From Candidatus Poribacteria bacterium (GTDB lineage: Bacteria; Poribacteria; WGA-4E; WGA-3G): a stretch of DNA of 64,000 nt. The stretch spans positions 1,600,001-1,664,000 of the forward strand of contig OZ243938.1 of the NCBI GenBank assembly GCA_965214095.1, given 5' to 3'. A program made the translations under genes and the position numbers. The notes beneath the pieces were generated by a model, which searched no databases, was not told the origin of the DNA, and saw nothing but the letters and a program-made list of their open reading frames with translations. Shown one piece after another: positions 1-9,388 of the stretch (its first letter is position 1; each line of letters begins with the position of its first letter).

Positions 1-2
1 CT

Positions 3-560
3 GATGGTAAACAACTCGCTGCAGCACTAACAGAGAGTGCTGGAATGCTTTGGGATATTGACAGCGGTGAACAACTCGGAGTTTTCCCCACAGAACTACC
101 AGAAGATACCTCCCTCTATAGAGGCGATCCAGAGCAGATACACCAATATATTCAAAAATATAAAAAAAGAAGTGGCTATAAGTGCATCCCTTACAAACTC
201 GTCTTCTCTCCTTGTGGCACGACGATCGCCTGTGGGATAAAAGATCATATCCAGTTGCGAGACACAGATACCTTAGAAACACAGATGCTCATACTGCTAC
301 CAAAAACGTGCACCAAACCGTTTGCGCTTACATTTTCCCCCTGCGGAAAATACCTCGTCTCTGGGTCGTGGTGGATAAAGGGATTGGACAAAGTATCCAT
401 AAGAATATGGGAAGTCGCAACGGGTCAAAATATACACACATTCTGGGGACATACAACAGATGTGCAGGATTTAGCATTTTCACCGGATGGCAAATATCTC
501 GCAAGTGGCAGTTATGATGGCACCATCCTGTTCTGGGATATGAAACCATTCATCAATTAG
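3..560 (+). CDS. WD40 repeat protein, 5'-truncated by window edge (array gene W0)
   Basis: Frame open from position 3 (DGKQLAAALTESAGMLWD...); GH..WD repeat at C-terminus; near-identical to the C-termini of 2700..4763 and 9302..11386. Confidence 0.9.
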   Translation, partial: DGKQLAAALTESAGMLWDIDSGEQLGVFPTELPEDTSLYRGDPEQIHQYIQKYKKRSGYKCIPYKLVFSPCGTTIACGIKDHIQLRDTDTLETQMLILLPKTCTKPFALTFSPCGKYLVSGSWWIKGLDKVSIRIWEVATGQNIHTFWGHTTDVQDLAFSPDGKYLASGSYDGTILFWDMKPFIN

Positions 561-713
561 TTTATGTGCGTCATGTTGATCTAAACAACTGTAGCAATCG
601 CTGAGGAGATTATTATGTATCATAAACAAACCTATAATACGAATCAAATGAAATCTGATAATGCAGATGTAACTACCTGGAAACTCCCCGATGGTGCAAT
701 TGCACGATTAGGA
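477..713 (+). repeat. Conserved WD40-array junction repeat, copy 1 (last blade + spacer + RBS + N-terminal leader)
   Basis: ttttcaccggatggcaaatatctcgcaag...tagtttat(at)gtgygtcatgttga...gaggagattattatg...caaacctataatacgaatcaaatraaatctgataat recurs at 6917-7156 and 9161-9388. Confidence 0.9.
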
Positions 714-2600
714 CAAGGACTCGTATTTGACATGGCGTTTTCACCGGATAACGCGTCTCTCGCTGTTGCAACTCGCGTCGGGGTATGGATGTATGAACTC
801 GACACCATGCAGCCCGTCACATTATTTGAAACCGAACGGGGCATGCTTTCTAACGTCGTCCTTTCACCCGATGGAAAATGTGTTGCTACTAGCAACGGGG
901 ATGGCATTATCAAGGTGCGAGAGATAGAGACCCGGCGGTGTGTTGCGAAAATACGAGGCTGGCACGGAGGCACCTCCCAACTTGCCTTTTCACCGGATAG
1001 CCAATACATCGCCGCATCTGGCCACGGATACGGCGACGTTTACATCTGGTGCGCAAAAACCGGCCAACATGTCGCAAGTTTCAAAGTGGGAGGCACACTG
1101 AAGGAAGGTGAACGCTCTCCTGCCCGTTTCCCAATCTGCTTTTCACCCGATGGGCAGCTGCTCGTTTATGCTTCTGACTGGACCACCCTTACTGTTCGAA
1201 ACCTAAAAACGAAAGAATGCTTTGCTTATCTGCGTCATCTGCGCGAATCAGGGCATGTGTATGATCTCGTCTTTTCACCTTGTAGTCAGTTTCTTGCTGC
1301 GAGTATTCAGGACCCGACGACACGTGAGAACATTGAGGTGCAAGTGTGGAATATTGATAAAGAGATATTGGAGACAACTTATACCGACTACAACGGAACT
1401 CGGGCGATTCTCGCCTATTCCCCTGATGGGGCATTACGGGTGGCAGATGTGTATGAAGACAAGGTAGTGATGTGGAATGCGTCCCGGGGTGAAAAACTTG
1501 ATACCATTGAATATCCACCAGAAATATGTAGAATAGAACAATGTATCTCGACTGATGGACAACAGTTCGCAATTCTCACCAACCGCGATATCCGCGTGTG
1601 GCGTGCAGGCTCCCCTGCCATAGTAGCACCGCTCACAGTGCCTAATCAGGTGCCAGAATCTCTGTTTTTTTATCAAACGGACAGGATGCTGGTTTGCCAA
1701 CACTGGTATGCAGATACCGTTTTCTGGGATGTTGTCCAGAAACAGGTGTCACCTCCCCCGACTCCACAAAAGAGCGGAGGTAAAAGGTGTGCGCTGTCCC
1801 CTTGTGAAGAATTGTTGGTTCTCATCGGAGAAGGCGGTCAAACTCTTGAAGTCTGGAACATTGTGTCCGGAACCCAGATAGCGGAACTCACCGGACATCA
1901 AAGTTTTATCACCACCGTAGTGTTTTCACCCGCAGGGGAACACCTCATCAGCGGTGATGTAGATGGGAAACTTGTTGTGTGGCGTGTCCAACGTTGGGAA
2001 AAGCAGCATGCATTTATAGGGCATGCTGAGCCGCTTCGGACAGCAGCCTTTCACCCCAACGGACAGCAATTCGCTACTACTGACGGGTATGGTATATTTC
2101 TTTGGGACGTTACGAGTGGTGAACAGCTTGGCTCACCTTCTGTAGACTCCACCTTTGTTACCCTATATAAAGGAGATATGCGACGAATCCAGAGACAAAC
2201 CCAGCCACGTAACAAACTGCCAAAGAATCTCCATTCAATTGCGTTTTCACCTTGTGGCACTTTTTTGGCTGCTGGATTATACGGTGGAGTTCATCTATGG
2301 GATGCTATAACTTTGGAGCCGCACATGGGGATGATTCTACCTGAGAGTTGCTCCCTTGTCGGTGTCGTTGTGTTTTCTCCATGTGGTCGGTATCTTGCCT
2401 CCGGTTCTTGGTGGAACAAAACAGACAAAGTCTCTATCCGTTTATGGGAAGTTGCCACTGGGGAAAACATCCATACCTTCTGGGGGCATACTTCAGATGT
2501 ACAAAATCTCGCTTTCTCAAAGGATGGCGAACTTCTGGCAAGTAGCAGCTATGATGGCACTATTTTATTGTGGGATATGAAACCGTTTATTAACACTTAA
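615..2600 (+). CDS. WD40 repeat protein (array gene W1)
   Basis: 661 aa; many FSPDG/FSPCG...WD blades; RBS GAGGAG; leader TTWKLPDGAIARLG. Confidence 0.9.
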   Translation: MYHKQTYNTNQMKSDNADVTTWKLPDGAIARLGQGLVFDMAFSPDNASLAVATRVGVWMYELDTMQPVTLFETERGMLSNVVLSPDGKCVATSNGDGIIKVREIETRRCVAKIRGWHGGTSQLAFSPDSQYIAASGHGYGDVYIWCAKTGQHVASFKVGGTLKEGERSPARFPICFSPDGQLLVYASDWTTLTVRNLKTKECFAYLRHLRESGHVYDLVFSPCSQFLAASIQDPTTRENIEVQVWNIDKEILETTYTDYNGTRAILAYSPDGALRVADVYEDKVVMWNASRGEKLDTIEYPPEICRIEQCISTDGQQFAILTNRDIRVWRAGSPAIVAPLTVPNQVPESLFFYQTDRMLVCQHWYADTVFWDVVQKQVSPPPTPQKSGGKRCALSPCEELLVLIGEGGQTLEVWNIVSGTQIAELTGHQSFITTVVFSPAGEHLISGDVDGKLVVWRVQRWEKQHAFIGHAEPLRTAAFHPNGQQFATTDGYGIFLWDVTSGEQLGSPSVDSTFVTLYKGDMRRIQRQTQPRNKLPKNLHSIAFSPCGTFLAAGLYGGVHLWDAITLEPHMGMILPESCSLVGVVVFSPCGRYLASGSWWNKTDKVSIRLWEVATGENIHTFWGHTSDVQNLAFSKDGELLASSSYDGTILLWDMKPFINT

Positions 2601-2699
2601 ATATTTCTCGTAAATTCTCTTGGTCAATTTCATATAATACCTTGACGCACGAGGTTATTGAATACTGAACGTCTATTAGTAATAAAAGGAGACATCTTC

Positions 2700-4763
2700 T
2701 TGGAAAAGAGAATACATACAACCCCCTCATTTAGACCTATTGACGACACAGATGTAACAACTTGGAAACTACCTGAAGGTGCAATCGGCAGATTGGCACG
2801 TGGACGGGTGTCAGATATGTCCTTTTCAGTTGATGGTAAATATCTTGCTGTCGCAACCCCTATCGGTTGTTGGTTGTATGATCGATCATCCCTGAAACCA
2901 CTCGACTTGTTCGAAACAGAATGCGGTATGCTTGATTCCATTGTCTTTTCACACGACACCCAATTCATTGCTACAAGTAATAAAGATGGTGTTCTAAAGA
3001 TATGGGATACACAAACGCTAAAGTGCCTCGCAAAGATAAACCATCGCAAGAATGTAGATGCAACTTCAGGATATTTTTGGAACCTCCATTTTTCTCGGGA
3101 CAACGCATACTTAGCAGCATCTTGTTTTGACAAACAAAATGTTGTCTACGCGTGGCACAAAAACACTGATGAACCTGCGATTTACTTCCCAATTGACTTA
3201 GAAAAAGAAAGTGGACACGACTTTCCTATCTGTTTCTCTCCGATAGGGAATCTACTTGCATACGTGTCTGCTGGAACCCCGCAGAACACTCTCACCATTT
3301 CCGATATAGAGACTAATGAACACATCACACATCTCAACTGTATAGCACCATTGGTATACCGAGGTCTTGTCTTTTCTCCTTGTGGACAATATATAGCTGC
3401 TATCAATCTGAACAATGAGATGTTGGTGTGGAATGTTCACAACGGCACTTTGGAAACGGAACCCACTACTTATAATGGGAGGAGGTTAATCCCTGCCTAT
3501 ACACCCGATGGCACACTACGCGTTGCCGATATTTACGACTATAAAGTTGTAATATGGGATGCTATCCGAAAAGAAATAATGGATACCTTTAAATGTCAGA
3601 ACCGCTGGCATGATCATTTTTCATCCGATGGTGCACACATCGCAACGATCCTCTCGCGCAGCGATCTCTGTGTGTGGACAGTCGGGTCACCGTCAACAAA
3701 AGTTACAAGTCCTGCTGATCATAAACCTGTTCCATATTCGGTTGTTTTTTTTAAAAAAGGTAAAACATTAACAAGTCCAGAAATGTTTGGTGCACAGCTC
3801 GTTTGTTGGAATGTTGCACAGAGGCAAACAGAACAGATTTTCCCAACGCTGAGGATGCAGGCACAGTACACGACTCAAACTAAAAATCTCACAACGGAAG
3901 AAAGACAGGATTTGTTCCGAGTCAGCACATTGTCTCCTTGTGGAAAACGACTAGCACTTTGCAAACTTCCGAGGGGTTCAATTGAAATCTGGGACATTAC
4001 GTCTGAAACACTCATTATAAAACTCTCGGACAGTAGAGGATTTGACGCCGCAATGTGTTTTTCACCTTCTAATAAACATCTCATCGGCACAGCACCTACG
4101 GGCGGTACAGGAGACATCGGTGTATGGGATACACAGTCTGGGAAGAAAGTTAATATGCTCACAGGACATACGAATTATATTTTAACAGTAGCTTTCCATC
4201 CAAGCGGTAAACGACTCGCAACCGTCGCCAAGGATAGAACAGCAAGGCTCTGGGATATTGACAGCGGTGAACAACTCGGAGTTTTCCCCACAGAACTACC
4301 AGAAGATACCTCCCTCTATAGAGGCGATCCAGAGCAGATACACCAATATATTCAAAAATATAAAAAAAGAAGTGGCTATAAGTGCATCCCTTATAAACTC
4401 GTCTTCTCTCCTTGTGGCACAACGATCGCCTGTGGGATAAAAGATCATATCCAGTTGCGAGACACAGATACCTTAGAGACACAGATGCTCATACTGCTAC
4501 CAAAAACGTGCACCAAACCGTTTGCGCTTACATTTTCCCCCTGCGGAAAATACCTCGTCTCTGGGTCGTGGTGGATAAAGGGATTGGACAAAGTATCCAT
4601 AAGAATATGGGAAGTCGCAACGGGTCAAAATATACACACATTCTGGGGACATACAACAGATGTACAGGATTTAGCATTTTCACCGGATGGCAAATATCTC
4701 GCAAGTAGCAGTTATGATGGCACCATACTCCTCTGGGATATGAAACCTATTATATGCACCTAA
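2700..4763 (+). CDS. WD40 repeat protein (array gene W2)
   Basis: ORF 2658..4763; likely TTG start at 2700 after AAGGAG; WD blades; paralog of 9302..11386. Confidence 0.9.
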   Translation: MEKRIHTTPSFRPIDDTDVTTWKLPEGAIGRLARGRVSDMSFSVDGKYLAVATPIGCWLYDRSSLKPLDLFETECGMLDSIVFSHDTQFIATSNKDGVLKIWDTQTLKCLAKINHRKNVDATSGYFWNLHFSRDNAYLAASCFDKQNVVYAWHKNTDEPAIYFPIDLEKESGHDFPICFSPIGNLLAYVSAGTPQNTLTISDIETNEHITHLNCIAPLVYRGLVFSPCGQYIAAINLNNEMLVWNVHNGTLETEPTTYNGRRLIPAYTPDGTLRVADIYDYKVVIWDAIRKEIMDTFKCQNRWHDHFSSDGAHIATILSRSDLCVWTVGSPSTKVTSPADHKPVPYSVVFFKKGKTLTSPEMFGAQLVCWNVAQRQTEQIFPTLRMQAQYTTQTKNLTTEERQDLFRVSTLSPCGKRLALCKLPRGSIEIWDITSETLIIKLSDSRGFDAAMCFSPSNKHLIGTAPTGGTGDIGVWDTQSGKKVNMLTGHTNYILTVAFHPSGKRLATVAKDRTARLWDIDSGEQLGVFPTELPEDTSLYRGDPEQIHQYIQKYKKRSGYKCIPYKLVFSPCGTTIACGIKDHIQLRDTDTLETQMLILLPKTCTKPFALTFSPCGKYLVSGSWWIKGLDKVSIRIWEVATGQNIHTFWGHTTDVQDLAFSPDGKYLASSSYDGTILLWDMKPIICT

Positions 4764-4795
4764 AACAACTGATAAAAAATAACTTGGAGGTTTCC

Positions 4796-7000
4796 ATGGA
4801 TAATCAACGATCACAAACACCCACACAAATACCCCAAACAAACGCAGATATTACCACTTGGTCTCTCCCTGAGGGTGCAATTGCACGTTTAGGGCGCGGT
4901 CGTAACCGTGGTGGTCTAACATTTTCACCTGATGGTGATTCTCTTGTTGTTGCGACAGACATCGGGTGTTGGTTGTATGACCTTGATACGCTGACGCCGA
5001 GTGCGTTATGGGCAACAGAACGGGGGATGGTTTCTGCCATCTCCTTTTCTCATAATGGGAAGTGGATTGCTACCACCAACTGGGACGGCATCGTGAAGAT
5101 ATGGGACACACAAACCTTACGCTGCATTTCCCAAATAGAACCACCTTGGCATCCTAATACATATGTAGATTTTTCATCAGATGGGCAGCACTTAGCTCTG
5201 GTTGGTAGTACACAAACTTCTGCATGGACAGCTGTTTACGACTGGCACTTGAACACAACTACGCCTATCATAAACTTAGATTTTACGCTGAAACCACAGG
5301 TATACTCTGCAGTCTCAACAGCTTTTTCCATTAATGGTAATTTATTTGCGTATACGTCCGACTACAATATGACATCTGTGATGCACATGGAGACAGGGGA
5401 GATCATAGCGAAATTTACTGACACATATACCGATGACACATATACCAAAGGTCCTATTTTAGGGACCACCAACTTAGTTTTTTCACCTTGTGGAGAGTTC
5501 CTTGCGGGTTGTAATAAAAAGGACACGGTTCATGTATGGAATATCCAAAGCGGGAACTTTACGATGGAACCGACAACTTATCATCAGAGCACTCGGGTAC
5601 TGCCGACCTACCTATCTGATGGCACATTACGGGTTGCTGCGCGTCATCCAAAAGAAATAATCATCTGGGATACGAAGTCGCAGGAGAAGGTGGACTCCAT
5701 TGCATATTCGGGAGGGATCTTCTGGGCAACGTGCTTTTCAGTTGATGGTAGAAAGTTCGCAATCGCCAGTAGATACGATGATCTTAAGCTCTGGTGTGAA
5801 GGTTGTTCCTCAAAAGTCGTATCTCTGACTGAACATCTACATCCGGACCCTGTCCAAAGGTTCCCGAGCACACTGGATTTTTCTAAGGACAGTCGGACAC
5901 TTTTCTGTGGATACTGGAAACACATCGGACACCTTGCTTGGGATGTTTCGAAGCACCAAATAGCACGGACATTTCCGTCACATTCACATGAATATTCGGC
6001 ACATCCCGATATGCCTTTCACGATGTCACACAATGCGGAACTGATAGCTACTGCAAACGGCATGGACAGCCCCATTAAAGTTTGGGATATAGCGTCAAAT
6101 ACGCAAGTTGCAGAGTTCCTCGAATCTTCATGGCAAGTGTGCTGGCTGACTTTTTCTTCAACAGCAGAATATCTTCTGAGTAGCATGAATAGAGACGCAG
6201 CCAAGGTTTGGGATGTAGAATCTGGCACGCAAGTCGCAGAACTTACTGAGAAGGATAACTTAATGGAGAAAGGGTTCAAGATGAAAATGTTTTCTCCGAC
6301 AGATGAATATATACTCGGTATCAGTAAGGATCGTATCAGCGTGTGGGATGCCTTGAAGTGGGAACATCTTTATGAAACTCACCTCAAGGGTTTTAACAGG
6401 TCAAGGAGAGAGGGAGTATTTAAGTTTGGGACACCGTTGAGGTTTCATCCAGACGGTCAGCATTTCATCACTGCTGGATACGAAAAGGATGCTTTTGTCT
6501 GGGACCTCAAATGCGGTGAACAAGTGGGTTCACTTCACACAGAAAAATGTTTAGATACAACCCTCTATAGAGGTGAGCCACAAGATATCCAGCGTCTCCG
6601 CGAACAACAGAATGCGGACTCTCGACGTATCCGTGGAATTGAAACATCCCCCTGCGGCACTTTTATTGCTGGCGCAATGCATAACGAAATTAGGGTATGG
6701 GACGCTGCTACCTTACAAACCCAAATAGCAATCATACCATCCATTGGCTGTCAGAAGTCTTATATAATAGTGTTTTCACCTTGCAGCAAGTATCTGGCAA
6801 CAGGTGCGTGGTGGCAAGAGGGACAAACAAAAATGTCTATCAGGTTGTGGAATATCATTACAGGTGATAATATTGCCACTTTTTGGGCACACACGACTGA
6901 TGTTGATAAACTTGCGTTTTCACCGGATGGCAAATATCTCGCAAGCGGTAGTTATGATGGTACTATCCTCGTCTGGGATATGAAACCATTTATAAATTAG
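4796..7000 (+). CDS. WD40 repeat protein (array gene W3)
   Basis: ORF 4754..7000; ATG 4796 after GGAGG; WD blades; close paralog of 7058..9244. Confidence 0.9.
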   Translation: MDNQRSQTPTQIPQTNADITTWSLPEGAIARLGRGRNRGGLTFSPDGDSLVVATDIGCWLYDLDTLTPSALWATERGMVSAISFSHNGKWIATTNWDGIVKIWDTQTLRCISQIEPPWHPNTYVDFSSDGQHLALVGSTQTSAWTAVYDWHLNTTTPIINLDFTLKPQVYSAVSTAFSINGNLFAYTSDYNMTSVMHMETGEIIAKFTDTYTDDTYTKGPILGTTNLVFSPCGEFLAGCNKKDTVHVWNIQSGNFTMEPTTYHQSTRVLPTYLSDGTLRVAARHPKEIIIWDTKSQEKVDSIAYSGGIFWATCFSVDGRKFAIASRYDDLKLWCEGCSSKVVSLTEHLHPDPVQRFPSTLDFSKDSRTLFCGYWKHIGHLAWDVSKHQIARTFPSHSHEYSAHPDMPFTMSHNAELIATANGMDSPIKVWDIASNTQVAEFLESSWQVCWLTFSSTAEYLLSSMNRDAAKVWDVESGTQVAELTEKDNLMEKGFKMKMFSPTDEYILGISKDRISVWDALKWEHLYETHLKGFNRSRREGVFKFGTPLRFHPDGQHFITAGYEKDAFVWDLKCGEQVGSLHTEKCLDTTLYRGEPQDIQRLREQQNADSRRIRGIETSPCGTFIAGAMHNEIRVWDAATLQTQIAIIPSIGCQKSYIIVFSPCSKYLATGAWWQEGQTKMSIRLWNIITGDNIATFWAHTTDVDKLAFSPDGKYLASGSYDGTILVWDMKPFIN

Positions 7001-7156
7001 TTTATATGTGCGTCATGTTGATACAAACAAGCAGTAGCAATTGTTGAGGAGATTATTATGCAACATAAACAAACCTATAATACGAATCAAATAAAATCTG
7101 ATAATACAGATGTAACAACTTGGCACCTTCCCGATGGAGCAATTGCACGGTTAGGA
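6917..7156 (+). repeat. Conserved WD40-array junction repeat, copy 2
   Basis: Aligns by eye with 477-713 and 9161-9388, including the non-coding spacer. Confidence 0.9.
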
Positions 7157-9244
7157 CGAGGTCGTATCCGTGGGGGTCTAACATTTTCACCTGATGGTAA
7201 TTCTCTTGTTGTTGCGACAGACATCGGGTGTTGGTTGTATGACCTTGAAACATTAACACCACGGGCATTGTGGAATACAGAACGAGGGATGGTTTCTGCC
7301 ATCTCCTTTTCTCATAATGGGAAGTGGATTGCTATCGGAAATATGCACGGCACCGTGAAGGTATGTGACACACAAACCTTACAATCCATTGCAATAATAG
7401 AAACGAACCGACTTGTTACACGTATTAATATTTCTCCGAGTGGACAGCACTTGGCAATTGCTACAGTAGCTGGTGGCGTTCAAACTACTATTTATGCTTG
7501 TCGTCCTCATATCAGTACACCGATTGCAAACTTTGCTTTAACGCAAGAACAACGGGTAAAATGTACAACATCAATAGCATTTTCGCCTAATGGCTGCCTA
7601 TTTGCTTACACGTCTGACATCAATAAAACATCTGTGATATATGTAGAGACAGGAGAAATCATCGCGGAACTTCACGATACGTATACCACGTATACCGAAG
7701 AACCTGGTGGATGTACGAAATTGGTTTTTTCACCGTGTGGTAAGTTCCTTGCGGGGTGTAATAAGAAGGACACGGTTCATGTCTGGGATATCCAAAGCGG
7801 TAACTTCGCAATAGAACCGACAACCTATCATCAGAGCACTCGCGTGCTGCCGACTTATCTATCTGATGGTACCCTAAAGGTTGCAGCGTGTTATCGCAAA
7901 GAGGTAATATTCTGGGATACAAAGTTACAACAGAAGATGGATGCTTTTGAATATATAGGGAGCGAAGGTGGGGCAACGTGCTTTTCAGTTGATGGTAGAA
8001 AGTTCGCAATTGCCAGTAAATACGACGATCTTAAGGTCTGGTGTGAAGGTTCTCCCTCAAAAGTCGTATCTTTACCTGAACATCTACATCCCGACCCTGT
8101 GCAAAGGTTCCCGAATATACTGGATTTTTCTAAAGACAGTCGGACGCTTTTCTGTGGATATTGGAAACACACCGGGTACCTCGCTTGGGATGTTTCGAAG
8201 CACCAAATAGCACGGACATTTCCGTCACATTCACGCGGATATTCGGCACATCCCGAAATGCCTTTCACGATGTCACACAATGCGGAACTGATAGCTACAG
8301 CAAACGGAACGGACAGTCCCATTAGTGTTTGGAATGTAGTCTCAAACACGCAAGTGGCAGAGTTCCTCAAATCTTCACGGCAAGTGTGCTGGCTAACGTT
8401 ATCTCCAAAAGGAGAATATCTTGTGGGTAGCATGAAGGGAGACGCAGCCAAGGTATGGGATGTAGAATCTGGCACGCAAATCACAGAACTTACAGAGAAG
8501 GATACTTCGTTGACGAAAGGAGTCAGAATGAAGATGTTTTCCCCGACAGGTGAATATATACTCGGTATCGGTAAGGATCGTATCAGCGTGTGGGATGCCT
8601 TGAAGTGGGAACATCTTTATGAAACTCGCCTCAAAGAGTTTAACCGGTCCAGGAGAGACGGAGTGTTTAAGCTTGGGACACCGTTGAGGTTTCATCCAGA
8701 CGGTCAGCATTTCTTCACTGCTGGATACGAAGTGGGTGCTTATGTGTGGGAACTCAAAAACGGTGAACAAGTGGGGACACTACCCACAGAAATATGCATA
8801 GATACAACCCTATATAGAGGAGATCCACAGAACATCCAGCTGGTCCGTAAACAGCAGGAAACGACCCGTCGCGTCCGACAACTTGAGGTATCTCTTTGCG
8901 GTACTATTATTGCTGGCGCAATGCAAAACGAAATTAGGGTATGGGATGCAGCCACACTACAAACAAAAATGGTGATAATACCTCCGAAAGGATGTCAAAA
9001 ACCTTTCACCTTAGCCTTTTCACCGTGTAGTCAATATCTTGCTGCTGGCGTATGGTGGCAACACGGACAAATAAGAATGTCTATCCGGGTATGGAATATC
9101 ACTACTGGTGAAAATATTACTACCTTCTGGGCACATCCTACCGATATCGATAGACTTAGGTTTTCACCGGATGGCAAATATCTCGCAAGTGGCAGTTATG
9201 ATGGCACCATCCTGCTCTGGGATATGAAACCATTTATAAATTAG
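7058..9244 (+). CDS. WD40 repeat protein (array gene W4)
   Basis: 728 aa; WD blades; RBS GAGGAG; long shared blocks with W3. Confidence 0.9.
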   Translation: MQHKQTYNTNQIKSDNTDVTTWHLPDGAIARLGRGRIRGGLTFSPDGNSLVVATDIGCWLYDLETLTPRALWNTERGMVSAISFSHNGKWIAIGNMHGTVKVCDTQTLQSIAIIETNRLVTRINISPSGQHLAIATVAGGVQTTIYACRPHISTPIANFALTQEQRVKCTTSIAFSPNGCLFAYTSDINKTSVIYVETGEIIAELHDTYTTYTEEPGGCTKLVFSPCGKFLAGCNKKDTVHVWDIQSGNFAIEPTTYHQSTRVLPTYLSDGTLKVAACYRKEVIFWDTKLQQKMDAFEYIGSEGGATCFSVDGRKFAIASKYDDLKVWCEGSPSKVVSLPEHLHPDPVQRFPNILDFSKDSRTLFCGYWKHTGYLAWDVSKHQIARTFPSHSRGYSAHPEMPFTMSHNAELIATANGTDSPISVWNVVSNTQVAEFLKSSRQVCWLTLSPKGEYLVGSMKGDAAKVWDVESGTQITELTEKDTSLTKGVRMKMFSPTGEYILGIGKDRISVWDALKWEHLYETRLKEFNRSRRDGVFKLGTPLRFHPDGQHFFTAGYEVGAYVWELKNGEQVGTLPTEICIDTTLYRGDPQNIQLVRKQQETTRRVRQLEVSLCGTIIAGAMQNEIRVWDAATLQTKMVIIPPKGCQKPFTLAFSPCSQYLAAGVWWQHGQIRMSIRVWNITTGENITTFWAHPTDIDRLRFSPDGKYLASGSYDGTILLWDMKPFIN

Positions 9245-9388
9245 TTTATATGTGTGTCATGTTGAGCTAAACAAACTGCAGCAATTGCTGAGGAGATTAT
9301 TATGCATCATATTCAAACCTATAATACGAATCAAATGAAATCTGATAATACAGATGTAACAACATGGGAACTACCTGAAGGTGCAATC
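9161..9388 (+). repeat. Conserved WD40-array junction repeat, copy 3
   Basis: Aligns by eye with 477-713 and 6917-7156. Confidence 0.9.

Noticed and set aside
51-4720. Diversity-generating retroelement TR/VR pair
   Set aside because: Differences between the copies are few, mostly synonymous transitions and not adenine-specific; both copies are coding; no reverse transcriptase in the window.
51-4720. Exact 4200 bp offset repeat as a pure assembly artefact
   Set aside because: The copies differ at several sites and a third copy (W5) shares alleles with each; mis-assembly is less likely but cannot be excluded without reads.
477-9388. Integron attC sites or CRISPR repeats between WD40 genes
   Set aside because: Repeats extend into coding sequence, show no attC-like palindrome or short regular spacers, and there is no integrase or cas gene.
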